Positions 24,755 through 37,949 of a DNA stretch of 64,000 nucleotides are shown in pieces (the first letter of the stretch is position 1; the number at the start of each line of letters is the position of its first letter). This stretch comes from Octopus sinensis. Lineage: Eukaryota. The stretch is taken from positions 58,590,001 through 58,654,000 of the forward strand of contig NC_043004.1 in the NCBI RefSeq assembly GCF_006345805.1, written 5' to 3'. A program made the position numbers and the translations under genes. The notes beneath the pieces were generated by a model, which ran no database searches, had not been told where the DNA came from, and saw only the letters and a list, made by a program, of their open reading frames with translations.

Positions 24755-25094
24755 GTGAAGGCACATGGCTCAGTGGTTAGACCGTCAAGCTTATGATCGT
24801 GAGGTTGTGAGTTTGATTCCCAGACCAGGCTGCATGTTGTGTTCTTAAGCAAGACACTTTATTTCACGTTGATCCAGTTCACTCGGCTGTAGAAATGAGC
24901 TGCGATGTCACAGGTGCCAAGCTGTATCGGCCCCTTTGCCTTTCCCTTGGATAACACTGGTTGTGTGGAGAGGGGAGGCCGGCATGCATGGGTGACTGCT
25001 GGTCTTCCATAAAACAACCTTGCCTGGACTTGTGCCTGGGAGGGTAACTTTCTAGGTGCAATCCCATGGTCATTTGTGACCGATGGGGGGGTCT
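24755..25094 (+). mobile_element. tRNA-derived SINE family C
   Basis: tRNA-like head TGGCTCAGTGG...GAGTTTGATTCCC, core TTAAGCAAGACACTTTATTTCACG, tail GGAGAGGGGAGG...GACTGCTGGTCTTCCATAA. Homologs at 36300 and 46510. Confidence 0.85.
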
Positions 25095-25959
25095 CCACAA
25101 TGTATTTATGTATTTATTTATGTATGTATGTGTGTATATCTATATGTGTGTTTGTGTGTGTGTATGAATGTATGTATGTACAATTGTGTTAATGGGTGAA
25201 TGCTTTTGTAACTATTTTACATATAGTATACCGAATTATTACAGTAAACACTGATAAATTAATATGACAACAAATTTCCATAGCTACAAACATTTTATTC
25301 TTATATTTTTTTTTCAATATTTTTATAATTCTATTTAAAATAGTGCTACATCATCTAAAATCAATGTAACATTTTATACACTTAAATCACTGAAATAAAA
25401 ACGATACATATTTTAATCCATATTACTTGTCTATCATATTTCACTCTATCTAATCAAAACTTTCAGCATATTCATTGGTGTCTTTTGTTTTTTGTTTTTG
25501 TTTTTGTTTGTTTACATCATATATAAAGAATGTAAGATATTTGATTGTCTGTCTCTTGCCTTCTTTGCTGTTTGACCTTTTCTTGTTGTTTCTTCAGACT
25601 GTCAGTCTCATTTGAAATCTTAGTTTGGAAAACTGACTTGATATGAGGCTTATTGCAAAGAGTAAGAATAATTTAATAATTATCAGTATCAAGAAAAGAA
25701 AATTAGGCAAGGCAGCAAAGTGTATGATTAAAAGGATATTCAACAATCCAGTAAAAAAATCCTAAAAAGAATATCTAAAATTATGAATGAAAAACAGTAA
25801 CCAAGCGTGGACAACTTTCTTCAAGAAGTGGGCTGCATGAGATATAGTTAATCATCAGGAAAACAGTGCTAATAAAAAGAATTAAGTAAATTTTTCATTA
25901 CGTTTGCCATTCAGAAAATCGTATGGGCTGCAGTTTACTGAGGACAAACAGTGTGTCTG

Positions 25960-26182
25960 TTGAGAGGACAAACACAGACACACAAGCATATGCACACACA
26001 TACATATATATACATATATACGATAGGCTTCTTTCAGTTTGCATCTACCAAATCCACTCACAAGGCTTTGGTCGGCCCGGGGCTATAGTAGAAGACACTT
26101 GCCCAAGGTGCCACGCAGTGGGACTGAACCCAAAACCATGTGGTTGGTAAGCAAGCTACTTACCACAAAGCCACTCCTGCAC
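25960..26182 (-). mobile_element. SINE family A, 5' half
   Basis: Reverse-complement match to head and core only. Confidence 0.85.
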
Positions 26183-26889
26183 TTAGAAGCTTTTTAAATA
26201 CTACTGAATCAACAGAATTTTATAACATCAAAAGTTGAGAACATTAAAATTTATTCTATTTATTACATTCATCTTCTTTTTCAAATGGTTGTAACTGAGA
26301 TGCATTTTAAAATGTAGTACCAGTAATCTCTTGCTATATTAGCTTTGGTATATCCTCAGTTTCATATTGTGTATCTCTGCTAATTATATGAATATATTTT
26401 AATGGCCTTCCTTCTGTACTGGACTGCAGAAATTCCCAAAATCTAATATCTAATCTGGCTAGTTGTTCAGTGCACAACATTGAGTAAAAATATTAGACAT
26501 GGGTGAAAGGTGTCCTTAAATTTCTTCTTTAGTGATGAGAGTTCTGGCTGTGAGATATTTTTGGCCCTTGGGAAAAGCCAGGTTTACTGTCTCCACAAGC
26601 AATTAAAAATTATATAATTGTAATAACAGTACACAAGTGATACACCTAAAAGAAAAAAACAATAATAGTATTTTTCAGAAATTCCCTTGACCAACACAAC
26701 CTGTAAGTTCTATATCAATTCTGTAGTTCACAGACTATAAAATATTCAGGCACTGATTTAATAATTCAGCAGAGACAATACATAAATTTAATGCAAGGAT
26801 GGAATCAGCCTTTCCTTGACGGATAAAATAATAGTAGCCTTTATATATATTAGAAGAAAATAAATTTATCTTCGAGGAAATATAGTTTA

Positions 26890-27274
26890 CTTTATAATTA
26901 TATATATATCTCTACATGTATATTATACATCATACATACATTATATATATATAATATATATATATATATAATATAGATATATATATATGATATGCATATA
27001 TGTTATATATATATGTGGTGTGGTATCTATATGAATATATGTATACATATATATATGTTACTACATATATACATATCATATATATATGTATAATATATAT
27101 ATATATATATATAATTTATATATATATATACATATAATATATATATATGTATATATGTACATATATATACATGTATATATATTCATTATATGTACATATA
27201 TGAATATATATATATATATACATATGTATATATGTATGTGTGTGTTATGCATATATATAGTGTGTATGCATATA

Positions 27275-27310
<36 letters not shown>

Positions 27311-27330
27311 AAATATATTGTGTGTATATA

Positions 27331-27361
<31 letters not shown>

Positions 27362-27540
27362 CTATTATGTAATACTATATATATATATAGTAATATACAC
27401 ACACTATATACTTGTGTATATATATATAGATATATATATATCTATCATCTCTATATATATATACCCTATATGCTATATACTCTATATATATATAATATAT
27501 ATATATCTATACCTATATACTATATGTATATATATAACAT
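26890..27540. repeat. Long degenerate TA-rich microsatellite field (others at 17550-17775, 21870-21990, 24420-24655, 31830-32030, 35770-35910, 48780-49090, 59260-59570, 61690-61940)
   Basis: Direct reading. Confidence 0.95.
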
Positions 27541-27594
27541 GAATAAATGAATAATTTAGGAGATTTATGAATCAGTTGAAAGATTCTTTGTGTT

Positions 27595-27750
27595 TTTAGA
27601 TATATCAAAGGGACCAAGAGGACGTAGTATGGACTTGCGCAAGCCTAGATTGTACAGGTTAGGTATTAGAAGGAACACACTTAACCACAATGTGACAAAT
27701 GCATGGAATAGTCAACCAGATGACATGGTAAGTCTGAAAAATGAATACCA
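27595..27750 (+). mobile_element. CR1/L2-type LINE ORF2 C-terminal remnant
   Basis: PRGRSMDLRKPRLYRLGIRRNTLNHNVTNAWNSQPDDMV resembles the CR1 TRGH..KL.K...RL..R...FS.RV.N.WN.LP..VV terminus. Confidence 0.65.
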
Positions 27751-29261
27751 TATGCAAATACCTCACTGCTTTGACTGTTGACTTCAAACAGCTTATTTTA
27801 AGGCTTACACAAGACAATGTAAAATATTAGAAATATGCATGGATAGCTGCAATGTGTTACTCTTTAAAAAAATGTTCACTGATGCTTAGATGCTGGTTTG
27901 TTATTGAAATTAATGACTTTAGCAATGAATTTTCAAAAACATGATAATAATTAAAAACTTACTTGTGTTCAATTATACTATTCACTTGATTGACTTTAGC
28001 ATGTAATAAAACTCTAAAATGATTTCAGTGAATACAAATGCTTAAAATGAGGGAAATTAAAGCTGGTTCTTTTTAAATATTAACATACTAATAATAGTAT
28101 GAAATGCTTGCTTTGTGTATTGAAATATTGTGACTAGAATATGCAATGTGTTTTTTTTTGTGTGTGTGTTTTTGTTTTGGTTTTAATCGGTTAAATTTGT
28201 TTGCACACATAATTAAATTTCTAAGATGTTAGGTCATATTTTTATGCAATTAGGTTGATGTCTAACATTCCACTCAATTTACTTATTCAATGGCCGAAGT
28301 TAAACCCTCTTCCTTACCAATCATATTTCCAAAAATTTAATGAGAGATCTAAAAACTACCATCCAAACTTGAATTACTCTGGCATTCATAACATTGAGTA
28401 TAATATTTAATTTTGCTCTTTGAGTTCATTAAAGAAACTCTTTAGCTAATTCAAATAATTGAAACAATTACTAATAAAGCAGACATTTTCCCTGATAAAG
28501 TGCCACTTAGCCTTGAGGATCCTATGACAGTTCATTCATATTCGTGCATTGTTCCCAATCTGAAACAGCTGTTCTTGCTGTTGCCAACTTTTAGCTCTCT
28601 CTTATATGCAGATAAATATGATGCATCCATTCTAAAACCAGAATGCATACAGTATACATAATTATTCAAAGGTAATTGCAATAATGTCTTAATTTAATAC
28701 ATGAGTATAGTAATTAAAATAATTATTTGCTACAATTATTTGCTACTTATCTCCTGCTTATATTGAATGAAGACATTATTAGATTTGTTTTTGTCCAGTT
28801 CACATGATATTTCATTAACAACTTTGAGGCCGAAAATTATGTTAAAAGGCTACCATATTATATAAACCTTTTGCGAAACCCCACAACTGTCAATTGACAT
28901 TATTACTAAGTATGATTTGGTAGCATATATAATGCTTTCACTAATTGTTTTAAGTACCTGTATAGTTGCAAGCTGCCATAAACACCTTCGTAGCCTTCCC
29001 ATCTTTGATCCTAGCAAAACAGCCAGAGCATGATAGCTGGAGGATGATATGGCTATACCAGCACATAGCTGGTATTTATTTTCAGCTAAATAGTCTCTTT
29101 TGTAATATATCAATGCAGCATTTTTGGTGTTCATTAGTTTGTTTTACTTTTCAACAAATGCATTATCTCTTTCCAACTTGGCTTGCTTAGATCCTTCAAG
29201 TTCTATGTTATGTTTTAAAAGCAAAGGAATACTAACCATCTGTTCTAACTATTTTAAGGTA

Positions 29262-29446
29262 GGTGCAGGAGTGGCTGTGTGGTAAGTAGCTTGCTTACCA
29301 GCCACATGGTTCCGGGTTCAGTCCCACTGCGTGGCATCTTGGGCAAGTGTCTTCTGCTATAGCCCCGGGCCGACCAATGCCTTGTGAGTGGATTTGGTAG
29401 ATGGAAACTGAAAGAAGCCTGTTGTATATGTGTATATAATATATAT

Positions 29447-29485
<39 letters not shown>

Positions 29486-29679
29486 ATGCATGTTTGTGTG
29501 TCAGTATTTGTCCTCCCAACATCGCTTGACAATAGATGCTGGTGTGTTTACGTCCCTGTCACTTAGTGGTTCGGCAAAAGAGACCGATAGAATGACTAAA
29601 GGCGGTGCTCCAGCATGGCCGCAGTCAAATGACTGAAACAAGTAAAAAGAGTAAAAAAAAAAAATTTTTTAAAAAGAGT
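29262..29679 (+). mobile_element. SINE family A with internal deletion
   Basis: Lacks the AAGTACTGGGCTTACAAAGAATAAGTCCC segment after GACCGATAGAAT. Confidence 0.88.
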
Positions 29680-30445
29680 ATATGACAGAAAATTTAGCAA
29701 TGCAGACTTAATATGCATTTGTTCATATTCCTTTTGAGTATTTACATAACCAAAATGTTTCCTGAATGAGACATAAGTATGGCTGTGTAGTTAAGAAATT
29801 TATTCAATAGCTATGAAACCTTAAGTAATGTCTTTTATCATAGTCTTAGATTGATCAAAGCCATGTGGGTGGAATTTAATTGACCAAAACTGTGTAGAAG
29901 CCTGCAGTCAGTGGGGTCATTCTTTTCTTGGTTGGGAGACCTACTTTATGCCAAACTGCCACGTACTTTATGACCAGCACCTTGTCCTTGAGTTTGTTTT
30001 GAAGAACATATTTGAAGATCATGCTTTATTGTAAGCATGCAGGCCATGTCCAAGATCAGAAGATTACTTTTTCCCACTAATCTCTCAAAAACCATGGGGA
30101 AAATGTCAATGGTACGGCCATTCTTCCTCCTCTGAATAAGCTATAAAAAAAATCAACACGAAATTCAGGTATAAAATTAATATTTACTGCTAAAAACATT
30201 CTCCCTCAATCCATCTCCATCCATCTTCTCTACCCACTGTTCCTGGGAGGGTCATGAGGATAGATTACTTAGCTACCATCTCCATAGGGTCTTATCAGAT
30301 GCAACCATCATTATACTGTCCAGCTGAATTTCCAATTATGACTGACTGAGACTATGGATATGAACTATCTCATTCTTGATCTACCCCTTAGTCTCCTGCC
30401 AGTTGCTTGGCTTGAAGAATCTCTCTTGTGATTCTTTCTTGCAAT

Positions 30446-30868
30446 GTGCCGGTGGCATGTAAAAAGCACCATCCGATCGTGGCCGTTGTCAGCCTCGCCT
30501 TGCCCCCGTGCCGGTGGCACATAAAAAGCACCATCCGATCGTGCCGTTTGCCAGCCTCGCCTGGCCCCTGTGCTGGTGGCACGTAAAAAGCACCATCCGT
30601 TCGTGGCCGTTGCCAGCCTTGCCTGGCCCCCGTGCCAGTGGCACATAAAAAGCACCATCCGATCATGGCCGTTTGCCAGACTCGTCTGGCACGTAAAAAG
30701 CACCCACTACACTCATGGAGTGGTTGGCGTTAGGAAGGGCATCCAGCCGTAGAAACATTGCCAGATCAAACTGGGCCTGGTGCATCCTTCTGGCTTCCCA
30801 GACCCCAGTTGAACCGTCCAACCCATGCTAGCATGGAAAGCGGACGCTAAACGATGATGATGATGATG
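30446..30868 (+). mobile_element. Family E element with 4 x 62-bp tandem units and (GAT)n tail
   Basis: Units start at 30446, 30508, 30570 and 30632, followed by the shared tail. Confidence 0.85.
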
Positions 30869-31890
30869 TCATAACTACCAGAGCCGTTATCTCACGATGT
30901 CAAGAAGTAGGTTCTAAACCTGGAGAGACTCCATGATCTTCTAGTTATGTACCCTGCTAAGCAACATTTCTTCAGACATCCTTCATAGGAACCCACATTT
31001 TGGATGCTTGCATTTGAAATTATTTTCTCTCTGTTACTACACAACACTCTTGACCGTAGCTCTTGACCGGCACAAAAACCAAATTGCAGATTGCAAGTTT
31101 GTTTTTTTTGGGGTTTTTTTACCAACTTCTCTACTTTAGGACTTATAATATGAATGATGGATAGTCTCATAAATATATGGACTTAAAGAATATATTTCAG
31201 TTGCACGAATTTAGATTTACTTGGAACTGCTAAATAATAAATATTATTACATTACCTTTTCTTCAAGCAAAAGAAGCACTTTTATAATTCTGCTGAGAAA
31301 ATATTACTTATCATTTGCTACTCTCTGTCTTTGTCTCTCTCTCTTTCTTTCACTCTCCTCTTTTCTCTATATATGTATATATATATATATGTGTGTGTGT
31401 GTGTTTATATGTGTATGTATACATACACACACACACACATATATAAATGTATGTATATATAAATATATGTGAGTGTCTTTTTCTCTTACTCTTCTCTCTC
31501 TGTCTCTCCTGCATGAGCTTTTTACTCCTCTTTACAAGTACATATTTTTTCTCTAAGTTAACTTACAATTAATTTGTATTTTATCTCAACAATGCAGTTA
31601 AAAATGTCTCTCATAAAATTACAGGCCCTGTCTGCAGTAACATTTCTTAATTTAGCAACATACAAGAGAAATAATTGTTATCTTACTTTCAATATATAAG
31701 ACCTATCGATATCAGGATATTATTTTATCTTAAGTAATACATACTGAATTCATTATTGATAAAATTAAATATATGATTCTTATTTCCATATAGATTAAAC
31801 ATCAATTGAAAAGAGATGCGTGTTACATGTTTATTGATATATATATATATATATACACACAAATATATATATATATACACACAAATATAT

Positions 31891-31940
<50 letters not shown>

Positions 31941-32653
31941 ATATATATACATATATATATATATATATAAACATATATATATATATATATATATATAAAC
32001 ATATATATATATATAAATATATATATATCAAAATATATTTTGCTGAATAAAAGGTTTTGTTTGAAAATGTTTGCAGCATATTAAACTTTAACCTTTGCCT
32101 AATTTCTGATGGTTTGAAGTTAAACTTACTCAAATAGCAGCACACTTTATTCTAACCATTTCATAACTGTATTTCTAATAATACACACTGCTTTGCATTT
32201 CATTTCATTTTGTAACATATCACAAATCTTCCTGGAATTTGGTAAAGCAATTTACTTTTTTTTTTTAAATATGATGGTGTTTGGAACATAATAAAAGGTT
32301 CTTAAATGAGATTATGATTGACGATTATAGTCTACATATGAAAACTTTAATGTTAGAACTTTTATATCATAGTACTTGGAGCTGTCTCAGATAGATTGGT
32401 ATCAGAAGAGTTCAATAAATCCTTTGAATGTGTTGTTACTTTATTGAAAATGCACATGAAAAAAAGAAATACCAATACCAATAAACTCTTATGATGCCCT
32501 AAATTCACAAGTATATGGCTGTTTGCTACAAAACAAATTGGTTCTGGGTTCAACCTTACTGGATGGCAAATTGAGAAAGTGTACTATACAAAAGATTCAA
32601 CTTGAGCAATATGTTGTGAGTTGAAATAAATTGAGAGAAACTGTGCAGAAGCC

Positions 32654-32687
<34 letters not shown>

Positions 32688-32693
32688 ATATAT

Positions 32694-33127
32694 CACATAA
32701 AATGCACCATCCGAACGTGGCCATTGCCAGCGGCGCCTCGACTGGCTTCTGTTCCGGTGGCACATAAAAAGCACCATCCGAACGTGGCTGATGCCAGCAC
32801 CGCCCCGACTGGCTCCAGTGCCGGTGGCACATTAAAAGCACCATCCAAACGTGGCCGATGCCAGTGCCGCCTCGACTGGCTCCAGTGCCGGTGGCACATT
32901 AAAAGCACCAACCAATTGTGGCCGATGCCAGACTCCCCTGGCACCTGTGCAGGTGGCACATAAAAAGCACCCACTACACTCTCGGAGTGGTTGGCGTTAG
33001 GAAGGGCATCCAGCTGTAGAAACTCTGCCAGATCAGACTAGAGCCTGGTGCAGCCCCTGGCTTCCCAGACCCCGGTCGAACCGTCCAACCCGTGCTAGCG
33101 CGGAAAACGGACATTAAACGATGATGA
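32694..33127 (+). mobile_element. Family E element with 67-bp tandem units and (GAT)n tail
   Basis: CACAT unit starts at 32694, 32761, 32828, 32895 and 32957. Confidence 0.85.
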
Positions 33128-33670
33128 TATATATATATATATATATATACATATACATGTATACATATATATATATAGAACAAATAGTGGGGTATTATCT
33201 ATCTAGGCGAAGTACTTCATAAGCTCTCTGTTGGCACATCAGGCTAACAATATTCGTTGAATTAGTGAAGAACTCCAAGTAATCTTTTTGGTAGGGTTCC
33301 AAGTTATGGTTCATCACAATTCTATATTGTAAATCTATGAATGGGCACCAGATAAACTGGTTTTTGCAGAGTCATATATAAGAAACAAGTTAAAAATAAT
33401 GGTCATTACATGTAAATTCCAGAAATGGCTCTGACAAAAGTAGCATTAATTTTCTAGGGTCATTCAATTTCCTCAATTGATCAATAGACCAATTGAGTAG
33501 GCCTATCAGTAATGTACATATAATGACTGCTGGAAACCAAATTTGTTCTAATAAAGGAATTATATGTAATGACCATTATTTTTAAAGTGTTTCTTATCTA
33601 TATGCATATATATATATAAGAAATATTGAATTTCTAAATCTCTCGTAGAGAGATGTACGGTGGTGGGGCG

Positions 33671-33772
33671 ATAGAATGGTTGTATACTGTCAATCTAACA
33701 AGAACGTGACAGTAGGGGGTGTACCCCCTACTGTCACGTTCTTGTTAGATTGACAGTATACAACCATTCTAT
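33671..33772. repeat. Perfect palindrome, 50-bp arms, 2-nt loop
   Basis: ATAGAATGG...AGTAGGGGGT [GT] ACCCCCTACT...CCATTCTAT. Confidence 0.93.
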
Positions 33773-34495
33773 ATATAGATATAGATATAGATATATATAG
33801 ATATAGATATAGTATGGCTCAGTGGTTAATGTGCTGGGTTCACAATCATGAGGTAGTGAATCTGATTTTGGTCTATGTGCTGTGTTCTTGAGCAAGATGA
33901 TATATATATGCGTATATATATATATATATATATCATCATCATCATCATCATCATCATCATCGTTTAACGTCCGCCTTCCGCGCTAGCACGGGTTGGACGG
34001 TTCGACCGGGTCTGGGAAGCCAGGGGCCGCTCCAGGCTCCAGTCTGAATCTGGCAGGTTTTCTACGGCTGGATGCCCTTCCTAACGCCAACCACTCCGAG
34101 AGTGGATTGGGTGCTTTTTACGTGCCACCTGCACAGGGGCCGGAGGGGTCCGGCATCGTCACGATCGGTTCGAGCATTTTAACGTGTCAGCGGCACGGGG
34201 GCAACGAGGTCCGGGGTACTTTGGGGATCCGGGGTACTTAGAATGGGTAGGGGGTATGTGGAATTGCTGCAGAAAGCAGCCCGGGTCTTTAGGATATTAC
34301 GAGGCGGGAGGGTACTAAAAGGGGATGGTCGGATTGAGGCGGTGTCAGGAGGAAGCAAAGATCGGTGGGCAGTTGATGAGCTATGGCGCTAGCAGCTTGT
34401 CTTTTCACAGTGAAAGCATATGAGGATAAGGGGTAGTGGGGGGCGGAGGAGGGAGTAGGGCGTATCCGGTGTAGATGGTGAGAACAGGGTATACT

Positions 34496-34725
34496 GGTAT
34501 TGGTGGTAGGGGTGAGAGCAGTGTTCAACCGGTATTGGTGGTGGGGGTGAGAACAGTGTTCACCGGTATTGGTGGTGGCGGTGAGAGCAGTGTTCACCGG
34601 TATTGGTGGTGGCAGTGAGAGCAGTGTTCATCGGTATTGGTGGTGGGGGTGAGAACAGTGTTCACCGGTATTGGTGGTGGGGGGGAGTGAGAACAGTGTT
34701 CATCGGTATTGGTGGTGGGGGTGGG
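34496..34725. repeat. G-rich 34-bp minisatellite, ~7 copies
   Basis: GGTATTGGTGGTGGGGGTGAGAACAGTGTTCACC units start at 34496, 34531, 34565, 34599, 34633, 34667 and 34705. Confidence 0.92.
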
Positions 34726-34736
34726 GGGGCGGGCGC

Positions 34737-35383
34737 ACCGCCAATGGCGGAAAGATGGGAAAAGATAGGATTACGGCTTGAGGTAGCCTAAGGTTAAATT
34801 TTGTAGAGAGAGAGAGAGAGATAGGAAAGATAAATCAAGTTATGGCGAAGGCTTGAAAGTAGCCTAAAAGGTTAAATTTTCGTAGCGAATGAGATGGGTA
34901 ATACGAATCAAGTTATCAATGTATGAATAAACGTAGTAACAACGAATAAAAAATAGTAAGATAAATTTTAAAGAGGAACTTGCTGCGGCATCGACCGGGG
35001 GTTGAAATTGAAGAAGAAGTAAGTTGAATTGGGAATTTAAATTGCAGAAACGTAATGGTAATGGCGATTTTCAAGTTTTAGCATAGGAAGAAGAAGAGGA
35101 GGAAAAAAAGACCGCCAATGGCGGAAAGATGGGAAAAGATAGGATTACGGCTTGAGGTAGCCTAAGGTTAAATTTTGTAGAGAGAGAGAGAGAGAGAGAG
35201 ATAGGAAAGATAAATCAAGTTATGGCGAAGGCTTGAAAGTAGCCTAAAAGGTTAAATTTTCGTAGCGAATGAGATGGGTAATACGAATCAAGTTATCAAT
35301 GTATGAATAAACGTAGTAACAACGAATAAAAAATAGTAAGATAAATTTTAAAGAGGAACTTGCTGCGGCATCGACCGGGGGTT
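34737..35383. repeat. Direct repeat of ~270 bp (34737-35003 and 35111-35383)
   Basis: Both run ACCGCCAATGGCGG...GACCGGGGGTT and appear to differ only in (AG)n length. Confidence 0.93.
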
Positions 35384-35585
35384 TTATATATATATATATA
35401 TATATATACATAAATATATATATATATGTATGTATGTATGTTGTATGTATGAATAAGAAAATGAAGAAAATGGATAAAATCTGTAGGCAGGAATTTCTCT
35501 TCATGAATTTGAATGTCTTTAAGTAAATAACATCTGTAAGTCAATTTCGTCCATTTCTCATTCATATATAAATATATATATACAT

Positions 35586-35765
35586 ATCATCATCATCATT
35601 TAGCGTCCGTTCTCCATGCTAGCATGGGTTGGACGGTTCAACTGGGGTCTGTGAAGCTGGAAGGCTTCATCAGGCCCAGTCAGATCTGGCAGTGTTTCTA
35701 CAGCTGGATGCCCTTCCTAACGCCAACCACTCCGTGAGTGTAGTGGGTGCTTTTTACATGCCACC

Positions 35766-35770
<5 letters not shown>
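35586..35770 (-). mobile_element. Family E tail-only copy
   Basis: CATCATCATTTAGCGTCCG...CAGCTGGATGCCCTTCCTAACGCCAACCAC. Confidence 0.85.
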
Positions 35771-35861
<91 letters not shown>

Positions 35862-36299
35862 TATATATATATATACATGAAAATGTATATATATATAATT
35901 ATATATATTATATATTATAAGTTCATGATGTACATGAACTTGTACATCATACACACACATTTGTGTGAGTGTACATATATGTGTGTATGTGTGTCTGCCT
36001 GTGTTTGTGTGTCTGCCTGTGTTTGTGTGTCTATGTCTGTGTATGTAGGTATAGGCACATTTCATTACAATATCAGTTTTTATTGCTTAACATATTCATG
36101 AGGTGGTGAGAATAGCTCTTCATATTTTCATTTACTATAGATTGGACAATTCCACAGCAATCATTACTTGTGGCAGAAACTGGAACAAGAATTTTTTTGT
36201 TGTCCTAAGGTCGAGTGAGACAACTGAAATGTCTAGGGTGAGGCTGAGAAATCGAGATGCTTCATCTTGCTTTTCATCTCTATACTAACAAAGTAGAAT

Positions 36300-36622
36300 G
36301 TGCATAGCTCAGAAGTTAGAAAGTTGGGCTCACAGTCATGAAGTAGTGAGCTTGAATTTGGGCTGTGTTGTGTTCTTGAGCAAGATACTTTGTTTTGACG
36401 TTGCTCCAGTTCACTCAGCTGTAGAAACGAGTTGCAATGTCACTGGTGCCAAGCTGTATCAGACTTTGCTTTCCTTTGGATAACATCAGTGGAGTGGAGA
36501 GGGGAGGGTGGTATGCATGGGTGACTGCTGGTCTTCCATAAACAACCCTGCCCAGAGTTGTGTCTCGGAGGGTAACATTCTAGGTGCAACCCCATGTTCA
36601 TTCATGACTGTGGGGGGTGTTT
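36300..36622 (+). mobile_element. SINE family C
   Basis: Colinear with 24755-25094. Confidence 0.8.
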
Positions 36623-36856
36623 ATACTAACAAAGTAATTGTTAATGAGTTTGTGTTCTCTCTCCTTGTGGATGGAGTAAAGCAGTACTTATCCATCATAT
36701 TTCTGTAAAAGTGAGTTCACAGAATTAGTGTCTGTGTGTCATGCCTTGTTTTAGTACAATGTAATTGTGGAAACACAATGAAAGCAAAAACTCAAGCAGC
36801 TGTAATCCAAGACCTCCCTCTCATTCTCTCACTTTCTGTATACACACACATTGTGA

Positions 36857-36893
<37 letters not shown>

Positions 36894-36940
36894 TGTTGTC
36901 TGTCTGTCTGTATAGGTGGAGGATTATAAATCTTTGTATT

Positions 36941-37350
36941 CTCTTTTCTATCTCTTTTTACTTGTTTCAGTCATTTTGACTGTGGCCATGCTGGAGCACC
37001 GCCTTTAATCGAGCAACTCGACCCCAGGACTTATTCTTTGTAAGCCCAGTACTTATTCTATCGGTCTCTTTTGCCAAACTGCTAAGTGACGGGGACATAA
37101 ACACACCAGCATCGGTTGTCACGCAATGCTAGGGGGACAAACACAGACACACAAGCATACACGCACATACATATATATATACATATATACGACAGGCTTC
37201 TTTCAGTTTCCGTCTACCAAATCCACTCACAAGGCAGGCTTTGGTCAGCCCGGGACTATAGCAGAAGACACTTGCCCAAGATGCCACGCAGTGGGACTGA
37301 ACCCGGAACCATGTGGTTGGTAAACAAGCTACTTACCACAAAGCCACTCA
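36941..37350 (-). mobile_element. SINE family A
   Basis: Reverse-complement copy. Confidence 0.9.
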
Positions 37351-37949
37351 TATTATCTGAGTGTGTGTATGTTTGTGGTTATGTATATCATTTGTTCATT
37401 CTACACTCATTTTTCTACTTTTAATGAATACTAGCATTAATTGGATATATATTTATATAAGAAATTTTTTGTGGATGAATGTCTTTCTTGTGACTAACTT
37501 TTGCAGGTTTTATAAATAAGGGATATTTTTTTTAATTCACTAAACTTTGAAGAAGACGGGTTGCAGGTACAATGTTCATCAGGAATATAAACTATAAAAA
37601 CAACACTAATTTTAGCTCTTATGGTCTCATGCAACTAAAATGAAAATGCTACATACAAACAAACTAACACATGCGTGCATACACACACACACACACGTAC
37701 GCATACACACACATGCAATCATCAATAGGAACACACATGCTGCACAGACACACACTTGCATACACTACACAGGCACAATTCCAGAAATGCTTCAAAGGGA
37801 GGGTACAAGGTCAGAAGAGAATATAATTCCTGCAGTAAAGGGCATAATAACATTATTTAGAAGAGGGCACTTTTCTTGAGGAGAGCACATTCCCCCTCAC
37901 CCTCCTTAGGTCTGCTCCTGCTACACATGTGTACTGTGCAAGCAATTTT

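Larger units (their letters stand above)
33932..35383 (-). mobile_element. Composite non-autonomous retroelement (family E, longest copy): duplicated 5' segment, 34-bp VNTR, GC-rich linker, ~60-bp repeat-like units, conserved tail, (GAT)n
   Basis: The tail GGTTGGCGTTAGGAAGGGCATCCAGC...CGGACGTTAAACGATGATG is shared with the other family E copies, and GC-rich sequence runs contiguously up to 35383. Confidence 0.65.

Noticed and set aside
28478-28665. ~60-codon open frame and a GAAACAGCTGT motif
   Set aside because: No convincing splice sites; no stem I or core for a hammerhead.
30446-32970. Repeat arrays resembling CRISPR
   Set aside because: Linkers are homologous to each other, the arrays sit inside a eukaryotic retroelement, and there are no cas genes.
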